Below are positions 8,300 through 17,624 of a stretch of DNA of 64,000 nucleotides, one piece after another. The translations under genes and the position numbers were made by a program. Source of the DNA: Candidatus Chewarchaeum aethiopicum. GTDB lineage: Archaea; Halobacteriota; Halobacteria; Halobacteriales; Hikarchaeaceae. Under the pieces are notes generated by a model. That model made no database searches, was not told where the DNA came from, and worked only from the letters and a program-made list of their open reading frames with translations. Location: the NCBI GenBank assembly GCA_034190395.1, contig JAXINS010000015.1:3679-67678 (forward strand), read 5' to 3'. Position 1 is the first letter of the stretch. Every line of letters begins with the position of its first letter.

Positions 8300-9358
8300 T
8301 CACTCCCTGACCGGATCGATATCATCGGTTGGACTATTGATGCCCGAATAGAGCATATCACTGACGGATGTTTCGATCGTCGAGTTGACGATATTGATGC
8401 CATACTGTGCCGTCCGGCGAGCACTTTCGATTACCGTACTATAGAGGTATGCATCCGGATCGGTCCGACGAGCGAGTTCGAACTCAAGTGTCTCGATCTG
8501 TTCGAAGGCCTGTTGATAGGTTTCGATTGCGTTGTCTGAATCGTCATTTAGAGCCTGTTCGACAACAGTCGTGCTACTCGCAACGAGGTCGGCGAGATCT
8601 TCACTGAGAGTTTCGTCTGGCCGGGTTGATTGAGCTTCGGCAATGGTGGCGATCCGTTCGGCTCGATCGGCCACCCGCTCGAGTTGCCTGGCGATCTTGT
8701 AGTAGTACACTGCCGCCTTGCGATTAATGCCCAACCGAGTGAGTTCGTTTATATTTTCCAAGGCTCGGTGGAGTCCTCGGGAAACGAACGCGAACAGCCG
8801 GTCGACCTGATCGTCCCGCTCGATCACCCATTTGGCTAGGACTTCGTCATTCATCCGGACGGCCTCGATGGCATCGCCTTGCATCCCTAGTGCAAGTTGA
8901 CGCATCTGGACGACCGCTTGGTCGAACGAAATCGCGGACGTATCGAGATGGTCCTGGACGATGATGGTTTCGTCGCTCGTCTCGCTAATCTCCATACCGA
9001 TGAGCGATTCGACGATCTCGGCGGCGGCGCGACTAACCCCGTCAGCAAGTTCTTTATCAGCCGTGATTGCGATTCGATCACAGCCCGCTGTATAGGCGCC
9101 TTTGATGCGCTGTTCAAGTGCTTGGGTAGTGAGATCGGTGGTGTCGATCCGAGCGGTTTGGGTGTCTCTTTTGATTTGTGATGGCGCGATTATCAATCGG
9201 TCACGATCTTGATAGAGATAGATGGTATCGCCTTTCTTGATTTCGTGAGTAGTCCCCCATTCTTGGGGGAGTGAAACGGTAAACGTGGAGCCACCTGCGA
9301 GTTGTACTTTCCGCTCGATCGGTTCAGGATTCGATCGGTCCATGTCTAAGATTCTCAT
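8300..9358 (-). CDS. AbrB/SpoVT-domain plus PhoU-domain regulator, paralog of 1576-2679
   Basis: RKVQLAGGSTFTVSLPQEWG..GDTIYL N-terminus, then PhoU-like repeats (RDDQVDRLFAFVSR, QLERVADRAERIA, ARRTAQYGINIVN). Alternative ATG at 9343. Confidence 0.85.
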   Translation of the reverse strand: MRILDMDRSNPEPIERKVQLAGGSTFTVSLPQEWGTTHEIKKGDTIYLYQDRDRLIIAPSQIKRDTQTARIDTTDLTTQALEQRIKGAYTAGCDRIAITADKELADGVSRAAAEIVESLIGMEISETSDETIIVQDHLDTSAISFDQAVVQMRQLALGMQGDAIEAVRMNDEVLAKWVIERDDQVDRLFAFVSRGLHRALENINELTRLGINRKAAVYYYKIARQLERVADRAERIATIAEAQSTRPDETLSEDLADLVASSTTVVEQALNDDSDNAIETYQQAFEQIETLEFELARRTDPDAYLYSTVIESARRTAQYGINIVNSTIETSVSDMLYSGINSPTDDIDPVRE

Positions 9359-9685
9359 TCGTTATCCCTTGTCGATGTTCCAATCGTAACGATACGTCCT
9401 CACATCACCCGACATCAACGATTGGATCGCCATCGCCGAGCTGCGGACGACGGACCGATACTCAGATACTCCCGCCGGTCCACGTTTTGACTCTCGCGTG
9501 GCCGTGGGCGTCCCCACCGCAGAGTGGTTTCGATCCGTGTCTATTCGGAGAAAGAACATGCAGAAAAGAAAACCATGCTATGACGGATACATAGCAATAT
9601 TGTCACTCATATACTCGCCAGTAGTAACCAGTGCTGATCCCGACGCCTCAATACGCTCTGAACGGTCTCTGATAGCTTGAGACAC

Positions 9686-9708
9686 CTCATAGCAAGGTTA
9701 TTTTATAC
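9686..9708 (+). promoter_or_regulatory. promoter module CTCATAGCAA (9686-9695) plus TATA box TTATTTTATAC (9698-9708) for the peptide-type ABC operon
   Basis: Sequence CTCATAGCAAggTTATTTTATACtctgttgacagactcgcacgATG, with 33 nt between the 10-mer and ATG 9729. A second CATAGCAATATT copy lies at 9590-9601. Confidence 0.5.
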
Positions 9709-9728
9709 TCTGTTGACAGACTCGCACG

Positions 9729-11600
9729 ATGCCAGAGCAAACCACAACCGGGGAAATGGATTCCACATCAACGCGACGCCGCTTTCTCGTCTATGCCGGT
9801 ACCGCCGGAGTCACGGGACTAACAGGGTGTGGTGGACAGAGTTCAACCGACGGTGGCGACGGTGCTGGCGGTGGCACCGCGACCGATCAGGGGATGACCG
9901 ATACCGGGACGGAAGCCGATACCGAAACCGACGGTGATACCGAGACGGATACAGATACTGAAGGTGGCGGCACGCTCCGGCTTGCCGACCAGCCGGTCGG
10001 AGTGATGGATCCACCGGCCGGCAAGGGTGGTGGTGGCGACGCCAACCAGATTTTCGAAACACTGCTTGCTTTCGAGAATGGTGACCTTCCGCCGGTCGGC
10101 CGGCTCGCAACCGATTATCAAGTTTCCGAGGACGGCACGACGTTCCGTTTTACTCTCAAGGAAGGGGTGACGTTCCACAACGGCGACGAGTTTACGGCCG
10201 ACGACGTGGTGTATTCTTGGCGTCGGTTGGCCGAATCACCTAAGACGCGTAATTCCGATGATATCACCGGCGATACGTTCAATATAAAACACGAAACAGA
10301 TAGCGACGGCAACATCGTACCGGACACCCTTGCGCTTCGGGCGGTTGACGACTACACGTTTGAATTCGAACTCTCACGGCCGTTCCACAGTGCTTTAGTT
10401 CAGATCGCCGGTCAGGCGTTCTCCGTCATTCCGGAGGGGATCGTCGGGGATATTGAAGGATATGACGGCGAGATGTCTTACGAACAGTGGGCTAACGAGG
10501 CGCTGTACGGAACTGGTCCTTTCCAGTTCGATACTCTCAATCGTGGGTCTTCGTACACCTTCACCCGGTACGACGACTATCACGGGGAGGTTGCTAACGT
10601 CGAGGCGATTGAGTACACGATCCTGGAGGACCCTTCGGCGAAATACAATCGAGCGATGAACGGAAACTTGGATATTTTCGAGATTCCGATTTCGGAATAC
10701 GATCCCTCGAAGGTCTCTATCAAAACAAACAATGGTGAATTCCAGGAAGGGACGTATGGACCCGCCCGAAACGGCGAGACACTTCAGTATGGCCAAGTGA
10801 CCCAGCTCAACACCCAGTATCTTGTCTTTCAAACCGCTCGGGTCGATCGGCCTGTTCGGCGGGCTATCGCATACGCCATGAATCAACATACCGTCGCCAA
10901 TGACATCTTTAAAGGCGTCGGACAACCGGCGTACCATGTCACCCCTCCGCCCGTCTATCCCGGTGGTCCGGAGGCCTACACGCAGCATGCCAAGCGGAAC
11001 TATCCGTGGGGGTACAACGAATCCCTCGTCCAAGAAGGTCGCAAACTGATGGAAGAGGCCGGATACGGCCCAAACAACATGTACGAAGTCGAGCTGCTTC
11101 ATATGCAAACCAACGCCTACGAGCAGTTCGCCGAGTTACTGCGCGATCAGGCGCGGGCGATGCACATCGATATGACCATTGAGAGTACGCCGTTCTCGAC
11201 GATGATCAACCGAGCCGTCGAGGGGAACTTCGATATCTTCACTAACTCCGATGGGATGGAATGGCCGGAATCGGACAACTTCCTTCGGTACTTCCACTCG
11301 ACGGCCTCGAAAGAATCCTCCTTTGCACGGTGGGGACAGGAAGGGCGTCGGACCGATGCTACGCGAGCGTTCAACAAAGCCTGGCAGAAATACCTCAACA
11401 ATCCTCGACCGACCGAGGCCGATCAGAAAGCCCGAAATGAGGCCTATATCCAACTCGAGGAAGCTCACTGGCGTGGTATTGCCCAACTCCCAACCATCCA
11501 CGGTCGCGGCCAGCAGTATTGGTATGATCACGTCGAAAACTTCCGGATGTATGGCCCGATGGGCAATCAGCGATACAACAAACTGTCGCTGAATCGCTGA
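9729..11600 (+). CDS. ABC transporter substrate-binding lipoprotein, family 5 (peptide/nickel type)
   Basis: Tat-like signal plus lipobox (TRRRFLVYAGTAGVTGLTGC), Thr/Asp/Gly-rich linker, then a long family-5 SBP body. First gene of the permease/ATPase operon. Confidence 0.9.
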   Translation: MPEQTTTGEMDSTSTRRRFLVYAGTAGVTGLTGCGGQSSTDGGDGAGGGTATDQGMTDTGTEADTETDGDTETDTDTEGGGTLRLADQPVGVMDPPAGKGGGGDANQIFETLLAFENGDLPPVGRLATDYQVSEDGTTFRFTLKEGVTFHNGDEFTADDVVYSWRRLAESPKTRNSDDITGDTFNIKHETDSDGNIVPDTLALRAVDDYTFEFELSRPFHSALVQIAGQAFSVIPEGIVGDIEGYDGEMSYEQWANEALYGTGPFQFDTLNRGSSYTFTRYDDYHGEVANVEAIEYTILEDPSAKYNRAMNGNLDIFEIPISEYDPSKVSIKTNNGEFQEGTYGPARNGETLQYGQVTQLNTQYLVFQTARVDRPVRRAIAYAMNQHTVANDIFKGVGQPAYHVTPPPVYPGGPEAYTQHAKRNYPWGYNESLVQEGRKLMEEAGYGPNNMYEVELLHMQTNAYEQFAELLRDQARAMHIDMTIESTPFSTMINRAVEGNFDIFTNSDGMEWPESDNFLRYFHSTASKESSFARWGQEGRRTDATRAFNKAWQKYLNNPRPTEADQKARNEAYIQLEEAHWRGIAQLPTIHGRGQQYWYDHVENFRMYGPMGNQRYNKLSLNR

Positions 11601-11659
11601 CCCCGATACAAACGCCGTTAGAGGATTCCAATGACATACTGTCGGTCAGCTCACCACGG

Positions 11660-12679
11660 ATGAGTCGGTGGCGGTATTTCCTCCAGCGAGTCGCCCTTTC
11701 GCTCCCGGTTTTGGTGTTCGGGACGACAGTGACGTTTCTCTCGATCCGGGTTGGACCGGTTGATCCGGTCGCTGCGATCCTTGGTAGCCCGACTAACGCC
11801 GCCGAACGGCAGGAATACGAACGGATCAAAGAACAACTCGGGCTCAATGAACCGCTCTGGGAGCAGTATATCGACTTCATGACGGATCTGTTAACGCTCG
11901 ACCTCGGTCAGTCATGGGTCGTTGCGCCCAACACCGGCACCGTCGATCTAATCATGACATATGCTCCACGGACGATTTGGTTGGGTTTTTGGGCGGTTTT
12001 GATCGCGATCTTCGTCGGGATACCGCTCGGTTTCTATGCCGGATCACGGGCGAACACAGGCGCGGACTATACTGCTTCGATTCTCGGTATCGTCTGGCGG
12101 GCGATGCCAAATTTCTGGTTGGCGGTGATCCTCGTCTCCGTGCTTTCGCAATCGAGTGAGTTCATCGGTATCAGCTGGCAACACCTTGGTCCCGATGTGA
12201 CTGTCACCGGAGCCCCGAACCTCAAGCAACTTGAGGACCCGGCCGTTTTCGTAAGCGCGACAAAAAAGGTCCTGCCGGCTGCCGTCGTGCTCGGTTCGGC
12301 CTCGATGGGCAACGAAATGCGGATCGGTCGAACCGCAGTCATTGAGACGATCTCGGAGAACTACGTCGAGGCAGCTCGTGCGAAGGGGGTCTCCGAACAA
12401 CGCCTGCTCTGGAAACATATCTTTCGGAATGCGCTCATCCCGTTAGTGCCGATCATCACCGGTGAGGCGTTCGTTCTCATCGGCGGATCAGTACTCGTCG
12501 AGACTGTTTTCGGGATCAACGGTATGGGATGGCTGTTCTACCGAGCCTCGATCCAAGGAGATCTTCCATTGATTGGATCGCTGATGTTCGTCTTCATCGC
12601 CTTGATCGTGACTGTGAACATCCTGCAGGATCTGCTGTACGTCCTCATTGATCCACGGATCGGTTACACGGACCGGTGA
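11660..12679 (+). CDS. ABC transporter permease (DppB/OppB type)
   Basis: 339 aa, 6 TM segments, EAA-like loop (ENYVEAARAKGVSEQRLLWKHIFRNAL). Confidence 0.9.
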   Translation: MSRWRYFLQRVALSLPVLVFGTTVTFLSIRVGPVDPVAAILGSPTNAAERQEYERIKEQLGLNEPLWEQYIDFMTDLLTLDLGQSWVVAPNTGTVDLIMTYAPRTIWLGFWAVLIAIFVGIPLGFYAGSRANTGADYTASILGIVWRAMPNFWLAVILVSVLSQSSEFIGISWQHLGPDVTVTGAPNLKQLEDPAVFVSATKKVLPAAVVLGSASMGNEMRIGRTAVIETISENYVEAARAKGVSEQRLLWKHIFRNALIPLVPIITGEAFVLIGGSVLVETVFGINGMGWLFYRASIQGDLPLIGSLMFVFIALIVTVNILQDLLYVLIDPRIGYTDR

Positions 12680-14157
12680 TCACGATGGAAAGAGACAATC
12701 CACATGACAGGGCGCGAGACAGCTGCGACGAAGCCATGGAGGCGACACTGCTCGACCGGATCAGAACCACGCCGCGACCCGCAATGGTATGGACGGTCGT
12801 CGGGGTCGCGCTTCTTGGACTGGAGTTCGGCGCTATCGTGTCGGCGATCATTGATCTCGTCGTCGGACTCTTGGCGAGTCTCCCGGTCGGCGGGAATCAA
12901 GCGGGTTTCGATCGGGTTGTCGACGCTATTCCGACACTCATCAGCCGGACCTCGATTCCAAATAGCGGCTATTACAACGGTGAGCGATGGATCGGTACCT
13001 TTGCCGGCTGGGAACCACGAGATGCTTGGCTTCTCCGGGTCGGACTCGTTTACCTCTATTCGAGTCTTGTTCTCGCGTGGGGATGGCTCGGTTACCGATG
13101 GTACCGGCGCTACTACCGGATCGCCGACTGGACGCCTCGGGACGATATCGTTGACCGATTTCGAGGCCATCGGTGGGGTCAGTTCGGTCTCATCGTCGTC
13201 ATTCTATTTTTGATAATGGCTGTTTTCGCCCCTACTCTCGGCCCGACGACGGTTGACCGCAACATCGCTGATCCCTATTCCTACCAGATCCGTTACTACG
13301 ACACAGATACTGATCAAGTTACATCGGTTACGGTTGGCGTGGCCAACCGGGGCGCACAGTCCCGGGGGATTCCGGATCAGAACGTTGGACCGTTCGCCTA
13401 TGACCGTTACAATCGATTCCACCCGTTCGGGACGCTGCCGAGCGGGAAGGATCTGTTTACGTTTTTGGCTGCCGGTGCGCGGGTTTCCTTGCTTATCGGG
13501 TTGCTCGCAGTCGGACTCGCGAGCTTCATCGCAGTTAGCTTCGCACTGCTCTCTGCGTATTACAAGGGCCTCGTTGATCTCGCCTTCGTCATCGGAAGTG
13601 ACTCGGTCATGTCCTTGCCACAGCTTTTGTTGCTGTTGTTGCTCTCGGTGTTGCTCTCGGATACGTGGCTCGGCAACCTCTACAGCGGCGGGGTTGTGCT
13701 GGCGTTAATTTACGGTATGACATCGTGGCCATTCCTCTGGCGGTCGCTTCGTGGGCCGGCCTTCCAGATTGCTGACCAGGAATGGATCGACGCCGCCCGG
13801 AGCTACGGCCAGCGTCCTGTCGCGACGATGCGCCGGCACATGCTCCCCTACGTCACCGGCTACTTGCTCGTCTATGGCTCGATGTCACTCGGTGGGGCGA
13901 TCATCGCCATTGCTGGGCTATCATTCCTCGGACTCGGAATCAACCCGCCGACGCCAGAATGGGGTCGGGCAGTCAACGCCGGTCAACAGTACGTTGCCTC
14001 CCACTCGTGGCATATCTCTCTGATTCCGGGTATCCTTATTACCCTCGTCGTCACCGGGTTTAATGCTCTCGGTGATGGTGTCCGGGATGCGATTGATCCT
14101 CAGACTGCCGGTGAGGAGGGAGGCACACAGACCGCTGCCACCGGAGGTGGCGCATGA
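12676..14157 (+). CDS. ABC transporter permease (DppC/OppC type) with a long N-terminal extension
   Basis: C-terminal 300 aa are DppC-like (IDAARSYGQRPVATMRRHMLP). GTG at 12676 overlaps the upstream stop (GTGA). Alternative ATG at 12685. Confidence 0.9.
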   Translation: MITMERDNPHDRARDSCDEAMEATLLDRIRTTPRPAMVWTVVGVALLGLEFGAIVSAIIDLVVGLLASLPVGGNQAGFDRVVDAIPTLISRTSIPNSGYYNGERWIGTFAGWEPRDAWLLRVGLVYLYSSLVLAWGWLGYRWYRRYYRIADWTPRDDIVDRFRGHRWGQFGLIVVILFLIMAVFAPTLGPTTVDRNIADPYSYQIRYYDTDTDQVTSVTVGVANRGAQSRGIPDQNVGPFAYDRYNRFHPFGTLPSGKDLFTFLAAGARVSLLIGLLAVGLASFIAVSFALLSAYYKGLVDLAFVIGSDSVMSLPQLLLLLLLSVLLSDTWLGNLYSGGVVLALIYGMTSWPFLWRSLRGPAFQIADQEWIDAARSYGQRPVATMRRHMLPYVTGYLLVYGSMSLGGAIIAIAGLSFLGLGINPPTPEWGRAVNAGQQYVASHSWHISLIPGILITLVVTGFNALGDGVRDAIDPQTAGEEGGTQTAATGGGA

Positions 14158-15308
14158 GCGAGTCCGGATCGGACCGACCATTGCTGTCGGTCGAGGGGAT
14201 TAGTACCGTGTTTTTTACCGATAAGGAGACGGTCCACGCCGTCAGTAACATAAACCTCGCCATTCATCGGGGTGCAACCCTGGGACTAGTCGGCGAAAGC
14301 GGCTCCGGTAAGAGCGTGACTGCTCGATCGATTACCGGGCTCGTCAAATCACCGGGTCGTATCCTCGATGGCCAGGTAAAGTATCGACATCCGGATACCG
14401 TAACCAAACTTGCTGATCGATATTCAAATTGCGTCACACAATCGGCGACCAGCATAGAATCGGATCCGGATACCTTCATTTATGTCGGGGAACATGATCG
14501 ATACGTCGATCTCGTAGCGGCCCCGGAACCGGCATTACGATCCATCCGGGGTGGTGACATCGCGATGGTGTTCCAGGATCCGCTGACGAGTCTCAACCCG
14601 GTCTATACAGTCGGCAATCAGATCAAAGAAGGACTCCGTATTCATCAGAACCTCCGGGGTGAGGCCGCAACGGAGGCGGCTCTCGATCTGCTTGAAGCCG
14701 TCGGCATCCCCGATCCAGCCCGGCGATTACGGGAGTATCCTCATCAGTTTTCGGGTGGAATGCGTCAACGAGCGGTTATCGCCATGGCGCTGGCCTGTGA
14801 TCCCGAAGTATTGCTCTGTGACGAACCAACGACGGCGCTTGACGTCACCATCCAGGCCCAGATACTCGAATTGCTCAAAGAGCTTCAGGCCGATCGGGAC
14901 CTGGCGCTTCTCTTTATTACCCACGACATGGGAGTCATCGCCGAGATCGCTGACCGTGTTAGCGTCATGTATGCCGGTGAGATCGTCGAGAACGCACCGA
15001 TTGCGGACCTGTTTGCGAGGCCTGCTCATCCGTATACCCAGGGATTGTTGGCATCTATCCCTGGACAGAATCCTGGCGCCGATCGACTCCCAACTATTGC
15101 GGGTGATGTCCCGACCCCGACCAGCAAACCGACGGAGTGTCGGTTTGCGCCTCGATGCCCGAAAGCCTTCGATGCCTGTCAGGAAGTCCATCCACAACAC
15201 GTGACGATCGGTGATGATGAGCAAACGGCCGCCTGTTTACTCTATCCCGAGGATGTCAGCCGACAAACCGCCGTTGAGACACATGCCGATATCAGTGGTG
15301 ACGATTGA
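14154..15308 (+). CDS. ABC transporter ATP-binding protein (DppD/OppD type)
   Basis: GESGSGKS, FSGGMRQR, LLCDEPTTALD, and a C-terminal four-Cys motif (TECRFAPRCPKAFDAC...AAC). ATGA overlap with the permease gene. Confidence 0.9.
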   Translation: MSESGSDRPLLSVEGISTVFFTDKETVHAVSNINLAIHRGATLGLVGESGSGKSVTARSITGLVKSPGRILDGQVKYRHPDTVTKLADRYSNCVTQSATSIESDPDTFIYVGEHDRYVDLVAAPEPALRSIRGGDIAMVFQDPLTSLNPVYTVGNQIKEGLRIHQNLRGEAATEAALDLLEAVGIPDPARRLREYPHQFSGGMRQRAVIAMALACDPEVLLCDEPTTALDVTIQAQILELLKELQADRDLALLFITHDMGVIAEIADRVSVMYAGEIVENAPIADLFARPAHPYTQGLLASIPGQNPGADRLPTIAGDVPTPTSKPTECRFAPRCPKAFDACQEVHPQHVTIGDDEQTAACLLYPEDVSRQTAVETHADISGDD

Positions 15309-16636
15309 TGACGGTTAATGAATCACCGGAACTCCCGACAACGAAGGATACGACATCTACGGAACCACTGGTGACGGTTTCTGACCTGAAAAAATATTAC
15401 GGTGATAGTAGTTTGCTGGGCAACTCGAGTATCAAAGCGGTTGATGGTGTTGATCTCAAGATCCACCGGGGTGAGACGCTCGGATTAGTGGGGGAATCGG
15501 GCTGTGGAAAGACGACTCTTGGTCGGACCTTGATCGGGCTTGAGACACCGACTGCCGGCTCGATTACCTATGACGGTCGGGACATCACGAATCTGCGTGG
15601 AAGGGCCAAACAGGACTGGCGGCGAAACGCCCAGATCGTCTTTCAAGATCCGGAATCGAGTCTGAATGCTCGCATGACTGTCGGTGAGGTGATCGCCGAA
15701 CCACTCGCGGTTCATGATTGGGGGACCAAAACTGAGCGCAGTGAACGTGTCAAACAGTTGCTGACGACTGTCGGGCTACAGGAAGAACATTACTACCGCT
15801 ACCCCCATCAGTTCTCCGGCGGCCAACAGCAGCGGATCGCTATCGCGCGGGCGTTGGCGCCTGAGCCGGAATTTATTGTGCTTGATGAACCGGTATCGGC
15901 GCTTGATGCTTCCGTCCAAGCGAAGGTCTTGAATCTCCTCGTTGATCTCCAGCGGAAGTTCGGATTGACCTACCTATTTATTGCACATGATCTCTCCGTT
16001 GTCCGGCATCTCTGTGATCGGGTTGCCGTGATGTATTTGGGTACCATCATGGAACGGGGGCCGACAGAGGCGTTGTTCAGTGATCCGGCGAACCCTTATG
16101 CCAAGGCGTTGTTGTCGGCGATCCCAACACCCGACCCGGCTGCCAACCAGGACCGTATCACTCTCCGTGGCACGCCGCCAAGTCCTCGGGATCCACCGAC
16201 TGGTTGTCCGTTTAGTACGCGCTGTCCGATGAAGCTACGCCCGCCGAACCATGACCTTGATCCCGAGGAGTGGTACGCGATCGATGTACTGAGCGATGTC
16301 TTCCGCGAACGGATGCGAGCCACCCAATCGGTCGGAGACCGTGTCCGGTCACTGCTTGGCCGCCAGAGCCGATTTGCCTCAATCGAGGAACTCTCGACCG
16401 AACTCCTGGCGGATGTGACGCTCCCGCCGTCGGCTCAGGAATCGGTCGATGCTGCGCTTGCCCTTGCGGCTGATGGGAATGACCAGGCGGCTCTCAACCG
16501 GTTGTTGGAGGCCTTCGGTAGCGTTTGTGATGACACAGCACCCGAGGAATACGATGTCGCGACTGACTCATGGACGAGCCGCTGTCACCGACATCGGGAT
16601 GAATACCCGGATCCACCGGGCCGGGAGGAATACTGA
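15308..16636 (+). CDS. ABC transporter ATP-binding protein (DppF/OppF type) with a 100-residue insertion in the C-terminal Cys motif
   Basis: GESGCGKT, FSGGQQQR, IVLDEPVSALD. ATG at 15308 overlaps the upstream TGA by 1 nt; the track start at 15305 is TTG. Confidence 0.9.
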   Translation: MTVNESPELPTTKDTTSTEPLVTVSDLKKYYGDSSLLGNSSIKAVDGVDLKIHRGETLGLVGESGCGKTTLGRTLIGLETPTAGSITYDGRDITNLRGRAKQDWRRNAQIVFQDPESSLNARMTVGEVIAEPLAVHDWGTKTERSERVKQLLTTVGLQEEHYYRYPHQFSGGQQQRIAIARALAPEPEFIVLDEPVSALDASVQAKVLNLLVDLQRKFGLTYLFIAHDLSVVRHLCDRVAVMYLGTIMERGPTEALFSDPANPYAKALLSAIPTPDPAANQDRITLRGTPPSPRDPPTGCPFSTRCPMKLRPPNHDLDPEEWYAIDVLSDVFRERMRATQSVGDRVRSLLGRQSRFASIEELSTELLADVTLPPSAQESVDAALALAADGNDQAALNRLLEAFGSVCDDTAPEEYDVATDSWTSRCHRHRDEYPDPPGREEY

Positions 16637-17049
16637 TGACATCGGTCTCCATTTGGAGCAATCGTAGCGGAAGACAAACCCTGGACTGGCTTTGGCGGAC
16701 GACCGTTAATATCCTCAAGATCGTTGGTTTAACGGCTGTACTGTCAATCCTAACGGCTGCATTCATCGATCTACCGTTGCTCGGAACTGTCAAGTGGGGA
16801 CTGTTCCTGATGGGCTGGCTCGTTCTCGGTTATGCGAGTCTCGTTCTATGGTGTCGGGCTGCACCCCCACGTGCGGATACTGCTGAGCTGAGCCGTCCAC
16901 AGGGGCGACCTGATTGGCCTCGTATCCATTTGGGATCCAACACGGATACGCAGCGAATCGATCCCGACGCCGGCGGCCGGCAACTTTTGTCTGCTGCTCT
17001 CTTCGTACTCCTATTTTCATTTCTCATGGAATGGCTATTTGCCATCTAA
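16636..17049 (+). CDS. membrane protein translationally coupled to the ABC operon
   Basis: 137 aa with 3-4 hydrophobic helices. Its ATG shares one base with the OppF-type TGA (TGATG). Confidence 0.55.
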   Translation: MTSVSIWSNRSGRQTLDWLWRTTVNILKIVGLTAVLSILTAAFIDLPLLGTVKWGLFLMGWLVLGYASLVLWCRAAPPRADTAELSRPQGRPDWPRIHLGSNTDTQRIDPDAGGRQLLSAALFVLLFSFLMEWLFAI

Positions 17050-17069
17050 CTCACCGATCGAATACACCA

Positions 17070-17555
17070 ATGACACACAACGAATCCATCGACGCCATCG
17101 AACCGGAGGCACAGGACCCATGGGAGCGAACGATCAGCGAAGCCGAACGATTGGCAGCCGATCGTGAGGCCGAAGGTTGGGAGGCTGTCGTGATTCTTGT
17201 TGGCCACACTTCGGTTTTGACACCGAATGCCGGCACTACGGATCAATTCGGGCTGGTTCATACGATCCCGAAAGCGGACGCCGCTACGCTTGAGGACTTG
17301 ATGACGGCCGGCTCATTCCCCGAATACCATGTCTTTAGTCGGCAACTCGGCGAGCGGACCTTCCAGGTAACGGAGTTGATCGCTCCCGACAGGGCTGTCA
17401 CCGTGCTGTTGGTCAGTAGTTACCTACACACCAACCTCGAAGCGATTCGTGAGACTACGATGACTGCTGAAACCATGTACACCCATGTACGGACTTTAGA
17501 CGGCGCCCAAGAATTCATCTTCGAACACGATAATCCAGGGTTATTTTTTGCCTGA
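17070..17555 (+). CDS. hypothetical acidic cytoplasmic protein
   Basis: ATG at 17070 (MTHNESIDAIEPEAQDPWERT...). The upstream part of track ORF 16914-17555 overlaps the preceding gene and is Arg-rich. Confidence 0.6.
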   Translation: MTHNESIDAIEPEAQDPWERTISEAERLAADREAEGWEAVVILVGHTSVLTPNAGTTDQFGLVHTIPKADAATLEDLMTAGSFPEYHVFSRQLGERTFQVTELIAPDRAVTVLLVSSYLHTNLEAIRETTMTAETMYTHVRTLDGAQEFIFEHDNPGLFFA

Positions 17556-17624
17556 ACTCGCCTGTTTCGGATTCCTATATACCTCGATGGACGACCGATA
17601 TCCGACAACCGTACTCACGACTGA

